Source: Phallusia mammillata (lineage: Eukaryota). Taken from it: DNA of 64,000 nt. Position numbers and translations under genes: made by a program. Below, in pieces: positions 26,849 through 36,931 of this stretch (its first letter is position 1; the number at the start of each line of letters is the position of its first letter). The stretch covers positions 10,106,001-10,170,000 of the forward strand of contig OZ281497.1 of the NCBI GenBank assembly GCA_965637545.1. The letters run 5' to 3'. The notes under the pieces were generated by a model, which saw only the letters and a list, made by a program, of their open reading frames with translations, had not been told where the DNA came from and did no database searches.

Positions 26849-29800
26849 ATGAGCTCAAAACGAACGAAGAGAAGAAAAACATATTCTCCCCGAAAAGTTG
26901 TGTCCTCCTCCCAACAGGAAGAAGCACTTGACCTTTCACAACCATGTGTATCCACAACTAATTCACCAGATGCTCAATCCAGCACCCAGAATGGCTTTGA
27001 AGCTGTTCCCGGGGACCCAAAAGACCTGGCGTCATATATTTTGCAAAATTCAGTGATTAATTTTGTTGAAACACCTCGGCTTCCTGAGGAGTATTACACT
27101 GAAATATCACATGTGAAGTTGAACACAAAGCAAGGAGAGGAAATGTTGTACAAGTGTAGAGGATGTGAAAAGAAGACCTACAGAAGTGCTGGTGGATTGA
27201 AAGCACATGTGGTAAATTGTCCAGACCTCCCGAAATCTGCATTCACTTGTGTTGTGTGCAATGAAAAGTTCCATGAACTGATATATGCTACAGACCACAT
27301 CAAAGGTAATACTAAGTTGGTGCAACAATAGACCAATCTCATGTGTGTGGCAGTTCCCAATGAGATATCGGCTGTACAGAACCAACCATGTCCTGTGAGT
27401 ATGTGCAGTGTGCACGACACTAAGTCCATGTGCAAGACCATTTTAATTGGCTACAATGCAAGAATAGCAAATATTTTTACAAAAAAACATCTCATGTGTG
27501 CATCTTCCACACTCTGCAGACTGGTTAATGATGCATTTAATGAAAGCTGTAATTATAATTCCTAAAAATTAACAAATGCCAATGTCATTTTCCTGTAAAT
27601 AGAAGCAAAATATTTTAGAAAAGGGCAAAACTGACCATGCAGAACAATTTTGTTAGATTTTTAAATACTTTTCTCAGTGCACAAAGTCACGAGTTTGGTT
27701 AATGTGTTGATATTCCAATAATCATCATTACCAACACCTTCAACAAAGTGTAGTACATTTGGAAAAAGAAATGTATTTAGTCAATATGACTTGGTAAAAC
27801 ATTTTCTTAAGTTGCTTTTCCTACTATTAAGAAGCCTGGCATTTTAATCTATTGCAGATGTTCACATCACCCCTCACATAGGTGTTGCATTAGGACCTGG
27901 AAGACGTGCAGCAGCTTTGAGTCGAATGAAAATTAACAATTACGAATCAAGTAGTTTGGCCAGTGATGAAAAAACTGATGACTACTCTGCAACTGAAGAT
28001 TTAGATTTTGCTGCTGTTATAAAGGAAGAACCCCCAGTATGTAACAAAGTTATTATGGGTCCCCTTACCTGATCACATATTGTTTTTGTCCGTATTTTTT
28101 TTTCTTTTTTCTGTCTAATGCTGGTTTGTTATATCTAATGCTGGTCAGTTAAGATGAACATAAATTCATAACTGGGATCAGCCATGAAGCGTCTATGCAG
28201 ACCAGCGATCATGGTCAGGAAAGAGTGCTTCAAATTTATTCAAATTTACAAAGATGTTAGCTATTGATCCAAATCTTCCTGAAGTTTTACCCTAAATGGC
28301 CCAGCGGTTCACCCACAGTCCTCCAAAACGTAAAATTTTTAAAACGGCTGTAAGTACATGATCTGGGAGTTTGTTGGTTGGTGCAATGTATTCTAAATAA
28401 TTTTCTAACTTTTAATTTGATTCACCTATTTTTCCAGTCCTTTAGGTCAGAAATGCAAGCCCACTATATGTGCTAAAACTTTTTACAAATTTGTTTGCAG
28501 TGGGTTGCCCATTCAGTGTTCAAAATTTTGCTCAATAGCCAAATGGTTACCATTACAGCCCATAATATATGTACACTGGAAAGCCAAAGAGAAGCAGATA
28601 TTTTACTGCAAAATGAACTCAACTCAACCTTTGCTTATGCCAAAAAGAGGAATAAACAGAAACAGTCTGATAAATACCAAAACAGTTTGTGAAAAAACAA
28701 GAAACATAAACAAAGATAATTAGTTTAATATTGGAAAACTTCAGAATATTAACATTGAATAATATAAAAAATAAATGAACCTATTTTTCAGGAGCCTGAT
28801 TTACCTATGCGAAAGAGAAACACTGACCGTGCCCCTTTGGTACAGGGAGCATCCAGCACATATTCGTATTTGCACATTCCTTTGGCAAATGCATATGAAT
28901 GGACATACAACCGACTTAAAACTCTTGAAAGTGCCAACACTGCAAACAGCAAAATGGAAAATTCGTTGGTTTGTAAAACATCACTAACCGTGGACACTTT
29001 GTGTGATATGTTTCAATTCAATCCACGCTCACCACAGTTTGCCATTGATACAAAACTGCTGGACAAGCAATCAAAGCAAAAACACACAAACAAAACTGCA
29101 ATATCAGGAACTGGCCAAAAATTCCAAACTCTTCGATTGTTCAAGGCTCTTCCTTGCAATAAGCATAAATCAAAAACATTTTTTACTGGTGCACCAGTCT
29201 GGAGCATGGCATGGTGTCCATATCCAACCAATGAGATTGAGCGGGATCAGGTATTAGCTCTCTGCTCACATTCCCAAGAGCATTTTGTGGATCCTGCTCA
29301 AACTTATGATGAGCCTGTATTGCTGCAGTTATGGAATTGTGGCCAACTGCCTGCATCAAGAACCTGTTGTGAGGTACAGTGGATTTATGTGTGTCAGACT
29401 AAAGCTAAAAAATTAAAATAATTGCTAAGTTACTATAATTTTGAAGTTACTATAATTATGACATTTTATGACAAAAATAAAAAAATTTGCTATAATTTTG
29501 ACATTTTTTAATGGTTAAGATGAATATTTTCATACTGGGATCAGCCCTGAAGCGTCAATTTTTAATGGTAATTTAGGCTTATTAAATCTCCACTTTTAAA
29601 CTTTGTACTACCTGATAATTTGGTTGGTCCTAATTCCAACTTGCACACTTTTTTTACAACAACCTGGATTAAGTATTTTTTTAAATAACTGTAGGTTTCA
29701 GTAAGGAAATCTGTAATAAAATGGTTAAAACTAGGCTAAATTGTATGAATGCTCAAAACAGACAACAAAACATTTGAAAATTTTAGCAGTTTAGGTTCTA

Positions 29801-32800
29801 AGCAATTTTTTATTACTAAATCTGTTTTTTGTTGTCAAGAATCCCTATTTGATCCAAGGTTTTGTCTTGGACGGTGGTCCTGTTTGGGATATGAAGTGGT
29901 GCCCATTTGGTGGTTTTATCCAATCAGATGGTGATGAAGTAGGGAGATTAGGAATTCTAGCCCTGGCCCTTGGCTCTGGTGTGATAAATATTGTGACAGT
30001 GCCCTTACTGCAGAAAAGTAAAGAATCAAAATCTAAAATGGAAAATATCAAAAGGTTTGTATTGTTGTTAATGGATGACTCTTTTTATGTCCTTGGATGA
30101 CATAGTGTTGCGCTTTATGTGCCAAATCTTTTTTGACTTGTACGCATACAAAGTTTTTATAACTTGGTGCATTCCAAAAAAGAGAATGTTACTTTACAAT
30201 TGACAGTAAATTTGTTTGTTTGTTTTATTAGATTGAAACCCTCCCTGGTTTTATGGCCTCTTGCTGGTAAAAGTTTATTGTATGGTCAATGCTTTTCTGT
30301 GTCATGGTCAGTAAATGATGGATGCAAGTTTATTGCCGGGGGTTTTGCATCTGGTCATGTCGCAATATGGGATGTAAATACAGAATCAAAGTTTCTAAAA
30401 ACCAAGGAAAATGAAGGTGAGTTTTCATGCAAAATTAAATATATATCATACTCTTTATGCTTGGTAAAAAGCTTAAATTTTAGGACATATTATGTAAAGT
30501 TTTAATTCGAAGAAAAATTATTTCTGTATATCAGGTGAAAATTTTGTCTTGGAACCATGCATTTTTGTAGCAACTTGTAGTTGTCCAAAATCCCTACAAG
30601 TAGTGTTGTTTTATTTAGAAACCATCACTTTACTTCCTTTTGTTTCATTTCGTGCCCACTCTAAGCCAGTCAAGGGAATAGCATGGTGTCCATTTAACAC
30701 CTACATACTTGCTACTGCTGCTGCTGACAAACTATTAAAACTGTGGGATCGAAGAAGACCTGAATGTGATTTAAAGGTGAATCATATTAACGTCAACTCA
30801 ATGGACTTCAGTTTGACTGCATTGATAATATTACATGTGACACTTCCCAACCTCAAAGAGCACTTTAAGGGTTTGCTGCTGGGATGCAATGACAAATGTA
30901 TTTTACAAAAACAAATATTTCGCATCAAGGCTACACTGTAGTCACAACACTCTATAGTAGTATAAGAACGGACATGAAAGTTTAAATTAAATTAGTTTTT
31001 TGGTGCAACATCAGCATTTGCAATGATATACTCTGTGGCCATAGGCGCCGAACACGGGTATGCCGGGTATGCGTGGCATACCCGGACGAAAAACTCGGGT
31101 ATGCCGCATACCCGAGAATCGGACCAACGTTAGTCATGCGTTGTTGCTTTGTAAAATTATTTCGACTAATACGTAACATACGCAAATGATTTCAATCGAG
31201 GTTATTGTCTCACAACCATTAAATTGTTCGCATTCATTAAAGTTGTGAAACGTATTCGAGAAGCATCGGAATTTAAACATTAAAGAGTGGTAAATAGCAC
31301 AACAAAGGTATTGGCGCTGTCCTATGGTAGAAACGCCGCTGCCCCGGGTATTTTGTCACCAACCACGTGAACCGAAAAAAATTTTTCAACCGAAAAAAAA
31401 ACAATTAACACCCAATATTACGTCACAAACGTAAGGTTGGTACTTAGCCTACAAAAATTAACGTTGTCGAAAGTTTCAGGCAGGTCAGAACATCGTTGAA
31501 ACAAAGTACACTGAACTTTAAAATTAATTATGCGTCACATACAACTCACTGCGTTAAATATGCGACACGTTGTAAACGAAACAAGCGACGTTAAAACGAA
31601 CATTGTCAATGCTAGGCCAGAAGTGTGCGCGCTTTGTTGCGTGAAAACTAAGCATTTTTGTTATAGTTGTTACGGAGAAGATAAATGTTAAACATTAAAG
31701 TAATTTGCGACGCACGGCAAAGTATGTTAGGTGACAGTCGAACTAAATCTTTTCTATCTTTATTGTTTTGCCTACCCGTAATTTCGGCAAATAGGTCGTT
31801 AAATTGCAACAGTAGCAAAAGGGCCTGCGGTGGAATTACGTTGTGTAAAGCTTATATACTGCAACTTTAATGGATTCTTACCATATGCATCAGCAGAAAA
31901 TATATTTGGCATTATATGACGTCATTTTGTGACGTCATATAATACGGCATACCCGTAAAAAATTCAATGTCGGCGCCTATGTCTGTGGCAGTAGTACTTA
32001 TTGGCTGCATACCAAAATGCTGATTGTCACATTAAAATTTTTAGTACATATTTGATGAACACAATCTCGTAGTTTCCTATGTGTTTGCAAAAAGCATTGG
32101 GAGGGATGTGGCATTATGTTATGGTATAAAGTGAAAAGGTTGAGAACCACTGTGGTGCATGACTGCATGGTATGTACTTGGGATGCAATCACATCCGCTT
32201 TATGACATAGATGCAACCTTTTGGGCTTCCCCCATGATTCTTGTATATTCAGTGGATGTTGCTTAAGCACAAAGGAAAATACTTTTACTAGCATAAATTG
32301 CCAAAGCCGTTTCCAAATTTTTAAAATGTAAAATACTGACCCAAAGAATGTTTTTATTTCAACCAATTTTTTGCGCGAATTGTTTGGACATTTTATTTTA
32401 GTTCACATCAAATTTAAACTTGTTTATGTAGCTCTCTAATTGCACAGTTGGCAAAATTTGCTGCAATTGACATCTGGGTGTAAAATTCAAAAATTTTGGT
32501 GAAGGTTTTGAGTGAAAATACTGCTGTTGTTTTTCTGCAGGATAACCTTGCCCCTCGAACAAGCATCATCAATGAAATTTGTTGGCCACATTTGGACAAT
32601 GGAGTTTACCTGGCTACAGACTCAAGTTTTGCGAACCCTCATTCACATGGATGTTTGTGGGCAAGTTTTAAGCAAGCCAACTCAATGCAAAGCATTTTCC
32701 CTACCAAGGTTTGTTTCACTTTTGCACTAGAATCTAGAACCATTGTGAATGTAGCTATTCCTAAAACAGAAAACTTAAAAATAAAGGTTGTTATAGCACT

Positions 32801-34789
32801 AAAACAAAAGTTTTGTAAAATTGTCGAATTTAAATCTAAAATATATTTTTGAAAACTATATTAGTGTGAATTTTGGAAGTGTTACACAATGGTACTGCTG
32901 TATGTTTTTTTACCATGTCCAGAATATGTAAATATACATATATTGAAGTGAAATGTCTCATTTTATAGTATGTGGTATATGTGAACCTCATAAACATTAT
33001 CCTACAACATTATCTTGAAATTTCCCAGGCTTGTTGCTTCACTGTTACCCACAGTGACTGGCTCCATGGCGCCGCTGGTGGCGATGCATCGGGAAACGCG
33101 ATGGTGATGACTTGCAATAACTGGAATCGAAACAACCACTTTGTTAAAAAATCGCCTCGAATGTTGTTGTTTCAATCCATTCCGCTGTGGAATGACCAGC
33201 TACCAACTACCGGTGATGCTGAACAGGTATTGGCATCAGCTTGGACCAGTGTTTTATGTAAGCACTGTGACTAGGACGCCAGGTTGCTGTAAGAGATCTG
33301 CATGCGTGCCGTGAAATATACTATCTTGAGTTTATGACAAAATACAGGTGTGCATGACAACACTAGATCTCCATTTTTTAGCTTTTTGTTGCCGAAAGCA
33401 GTCTTATACACCCGCATTGAAGAGATGCAACTAATTTTTTAACAGCGTTTTGAGTTTTTAGCCCGCAAATGCCACTTTTACTTTACCGTTAATTTGCTTT
33501 AACCTGTAGAAGGCCTGGCGTACTAAATTTTTTACATAAGTATGCCGTGATCGCTGGTCTGCATTGACGCTTCTGGGCTGATCCCAGCTATTCATGAATG
33601 TCTTATTTGCTTTTTGTTTAAACATATCAGGCCGAAGCAACACATTCGCCGCAGAATGACGACACCTACGATTACAAACTTTTATTCCACGATTCTGACA
33701 TGACTGGAAACTTGTCGAGCTGGGAAAACAGATCAGCCCACAAAAAAATTAGGTTTGTATTCAATACGATACAGGTTGATGCAACCAAATACAATTAACT
33801 TCTGCCGTTCATAAAAGCGATAAACTTATTTTCAAATCTCCGTGTAATTTTGGCATGAAGATAGTTATTTTACTTGTCTAATAGTTTTTTTGTTTGTTAA
33901 TAGTTTTGTTATTTTTCTGTAGTTTATTATTTTTCTGTGGTTTTATTCACTGTTTCATACCGGAACGGAACGGAACGTTATACCGGAACGAAATAAATAA
34001 TTTTTGGCTCACATACCGGAACAAAATATCGAAATAAAAATTATTCAAAATACCGGAACGGAACAAAATACCGGTATTTTTTATTCCGGTATTTCGTTCT
34101 GAACATTTGACATGAAACAGTTGCTAAATATTTCGCGCCGGTAAACTGTGATAAAAATTGAAGCTCCAACAATTTACATTCGTTTGACCATTATTGACAA
34201 ATGTTATGTGACGTAACAACTACCGACAATAATTCCTATTCGTTGCAACTTTCTTTCTTTTTTTCGCTAAATAATTGTAAAGACCACTAAGAAATGTTCG
34301 TTTGTTAAGATCGAAATCCCGAAAAATACCGTTATAAATTTATTTCGGTCAGACCGGAACGAAATGAAAATAACGGTCCAGAACGAAATAACGAAATAAA
34401 TAATTTGCTCAGAACGAATAACGTTATTTGGTTTCGTTCCGTTCCGGTATGAAACACTGGTTTTATTTATGAATTTATAAACCCTGTCTAAAATTAAGCT
34501 TAATGTAAAACGTCTGAATATGGGTATGGAGTCTATAGCGAAAAATTCGAAACTTGACTTTGACATTGAAAGCAAATTTCTCAGAACTTACGAAGATTTT
34601 GCCGATGAGGTCTACCGCCCTCAAGTGTCGGGAGTACAAAAGATGCGGTGGAATCCGAACAAATCTTCTTTCACGTGGATTGCCAGTGGAACCCACTCTG
34701 GTCTTGTCCGGTTACATTGTGTATCGGGGATGATCTCCAGTGAAGTGGAGGAATTTCGGTTGTGTTGCAGTGACGATGGTTGCACCTGA
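26849..34789 (+). CDS. GTF3C2: General transcription factor IIIC subunit 2 (TFIIIC110, WD40) with N-terminal zinc-finger pair, 822 aa; join(26849..27305,27858..28036,28792..29373,29840..30054,30232..30416,30619..30776,32541..32708,33029..33226,33631..33752,34585..34789)
   Basis: Ten exons, all GT-AG, phases 1,0,0,2,1,0,0,0,2, total 2469 nt. TFIIIC110-type motifs: FFTGAPVWSMAWCP, LLQLWNCG, GGPVWDMKWCP..RLGILALA, GQCFSVSW, AHSKPVKGIAWCP..LATAAADKLLKLWD, YKLLFHDSD, VQKMRWNPN..WIASGTHSGLVRLH. The WD40 exons 3-10 are firm; joining exons 1-2 is phase-consistent but not shown by transcript data. Confidence 0.9.
28148..28214 (+). repeat. Short dispersed repeat, copy 1 (GTF3C2 intron 2)
   Basis: Core CTGGGATCAGCC(A/C)(T/A)GAAGCGTC(T/A)ATGCAGACCAGCGATCA shared with 29514..29556 (+) and 33545..33605 (-). 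Confidence 0.8.
29420..29505. repeat. Short AT-rich tandem duplications
   Basis: AAGTTACTATAATT twice, then TGACATTTT and CTATAATTTTG repeats. Confidence 0.6.
29514..29556 (+). repeat. Short dispersed repeat, copy 2 (GTF3C2 intron 3)
   Basis: GTTAAGATGAA..TTCATACTGGGATCAGCCCTGAAGCGTC; matches copy 1. Confidence 0.75.
31040..31981. mobile_element. hAT-type non-autonomous element, 942 bp, in GTF3C2 intron 6
   Basis: TIR CATAGGCGCCGA / TCGGCGCCTATG; perfect TSD TCTGTGGC (31032..31039, 31982..31989); GGGTATGC/GCATACCC subterminal repeats; no transposase ORF; CpG-rich inside a CpG-poor gene body. Confidence 0.92.
32138..32152. mobile_element. Solo right TIR of a Buster-type hAT element (truncated remnant)
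   Basis: GGTTGAGAACCACTG, identical to the right TIR of 17949..18414; no matching left end found. Confidence 0.55.
33545..33605 (-). repeat. Short dispersed repeat, copy 3, inverted (GTF3C2 intron 8)
   Basis: Plus strand reads TGATCGCTGGTCTGCATTGACGCTTCTGGGCTGATCCCAG, the reverse complement of the copy-1 core. Confidence 0.8.
33948..34459. mobile_element. hAT-type MITE, 512 bp, in GTF3C2 intron 9
   Basis: TIR CACTGTTTCATACCGGAAC / GTTCCGGTATGAAACACTG (1 mismatch); perfect TSD GTTTTATT (33940..33947, 34460..34467); many CCGGAACG/CGAAAT subterminal repeats. Confidence 0.92.
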
Positions 34790-34868
34790 ACGTGTTGTAA
34801 CTTTAAACCGGTATTTTGCCCTGTCAGTTTTGAACTGGGATGTTTTTTTTTACAAATGAAACCAAGTA

Positions 34869-34874
34869 AATAAA
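34869..34874 (+). terminator. Polyadenylation signal of GTF3C2
   Basis: AATAAA 80 nt after the stop codon. Confidence 0.6.
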
Positions 34875-36931
34875 CCGAACTCACTTGTTAGTTGTATTTT
34901 TTGGAGATTGTAATGAGTGCTTTCTGGTGTGAGCACAAGAAAGACAATACCCAGTGTATCATTACGATCATGCGAAATACATCGGTCTTTACTGTGTTTT
35001 GTCAATACTTTCAGTCTATTGGTAAAAGAGTAAACGCTAGGACACATTGTTGAACAAAAATATCAGGGGTTGCACCAAAGGGAACAAATCAATTCTACAC
35101 TTTTTATCCACTCTACTGTCAACAGCAATGTTACCGGTTTACTTGTGCAGCAAATTATGTCCTTGTAACAATAACCATTGGAAGAATGCTTCTTCTGAAG
35201 GGAACGTAATGCTGTAAAAAGTTGATGTCGACATTATTATGAAAATCACCAGCCCAGAACCCTTCAGGCAGCGAAACCAGGTGCTGAAACGTTTTAAGCT
35301 ATCGTTACCTTTCAGTTTAGCAAACTGGTTACCAGTTTAAATAACCCTTAACAGAAGTCCTTTTCATTTCGCCTTTTTTTCTGTTTACTAAGATTACTGC
35401 GCTTTTACTGCACAATATTACAAAACTTTGCTGCAGGTAATGATCACTGTTTCATCTTAAGCGTATTAGTGCAGCTGGCGACGAGAGGTTGGCTGTATAA
35501 GCTAGTGAAACGATTTTCATTCGCCCAAACAACAACGAACACTTTTGACCCAAACGGAGGCCCACGGTTGTGTTTTTCCATTTCTGCAAATTCCCTTCTT
35601 ATAGCTTACAGTATTCGATAAACTTTAAACATAATCTTGTTCGTACTTTAACGGAAGCTGTCATTCCAAAAAACAAAAATGTTACTCTTCAACAAAATAT
35701 GATATTCTTAAAAGAAAGTCTAAAGTTCCAAAGCTGCACTGTCTCAACACACTTTTAGAACCCACAGAATTTAAATACAAACGTTGTATTTAAAAATGGG
35801 CTTCTTGACGTAAAAAAGGCACGAAACGAAATGTACAGGAATAGAAACGGACAAATGAACGATCAAGGAAATAAACGAAACAAGATTTAAGAAGCAAAAC
35901 ACATAATACGCGACATTGAGATCCGCAAAACAAAATACGTAGCAAAATTTACAGAATATTTTAAAGTGATTCAGTCAGACCATTGTATGCCAATGTGCTG
36001 GAATCGGCAATAGATTTAAAGCATGAAATTTATCGCCATTTCAATATGCTTCGCTTTATAACTGTATTAAAAACTAGTAGCAACAACCAATAGTGCGATT
36101 TGTTCATGTTGGAGTTGGTTAAGGAATGAAGGGCAGTTGTAGAAAATACTGATAAAAAATCGAGGTTATATGCCTTGTAGACAATTCAGCGTGCCTTAAA
36201 CCGGCAGGCATCTAACCACCGTGTGACTCGATATAAAAAAGTAAGTAGATAGCACATTAAGAAGCTGTTGAAAAGATGCAAAACTGAATTTTGATAGAAC
36301 CTTTTGGAAAAGTAAACGTTGTAGTGCCATAAAAAACGGGTTTTCCTGGTTTGCATAGAGCACACCACAAACTGAAAATATGTTGAGTAGCTCGTTTGGT
36401 TGCAGGCATATCATCATGCACAATGAATAATTTTTTCTTGTTTTAAACCTATTTTCAAAAGTAGACTATTCGGAGTGCCAACAAAATAAGATTTTTTTTG
36501 CAGAAACAGTTCAATACTTTAACTGACCAAGAATGGGCACTGAAACGTGTAATTACGTTTTTGTCGGTTATTTTTTTTCAGCATGCGCCAAATAAGGCTA
36601 TTTAGAAAACACACAATTCGCTGAGTACAAAAAAAGAATTTCCTTTAAAACCTTGATCGCATTGAGTGGCACGTGATAAAATAAGTGAACAATCTGGTAA
36701 AAAAACGAACGCAAGCTGATGCAAAAATGCTCACATTATACGAAATAAAGCACCGAAAACAAAAAATCCGCATGGTGTCGCGACGCGCACTGAGCCAGTA
36801 TGACGTCACGAGACCCCGACAGTTACGTCACGGACGTCAGGTATGCAATTGCGATAATGTACGCTTGGTGACAGTTGTCTTTGTTATTCCTCTGGAGGTA
36901 GTTCCAATGTATTTCTAAAGACGTGGCTCTT

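Noticed and set aside
25360-26849. SL trans-splice acceptors before the SLC10 and GTF3C2 ATGs
   Set aside because: Both have good upstream cis donors (GTAAGT at 25492 on the minus strand; GTATGT at 26778), so 5'-UTR introns explain them.
28148-29556. C/D-box snoRNA pair in GTF3C2 introns
   Set aside because: No clean RTGATGA/CTGA box pair, and a third copy is antisense to the host, which fits a dispersed repeat.
35770-35794. 11-bp AT-rich hairpin TTTAAATACAA-ACG-TTGTATTTAAA
   Set aside because: Too short and AT-rich for a pre-miRNA or TE; plausible by chance.
35816-35822. miR-124 seed match in a putative glypican 3' UTR
   Set aside because: A single 7-mer 1.1 kb past the stop, and the UTR extent is unknown.
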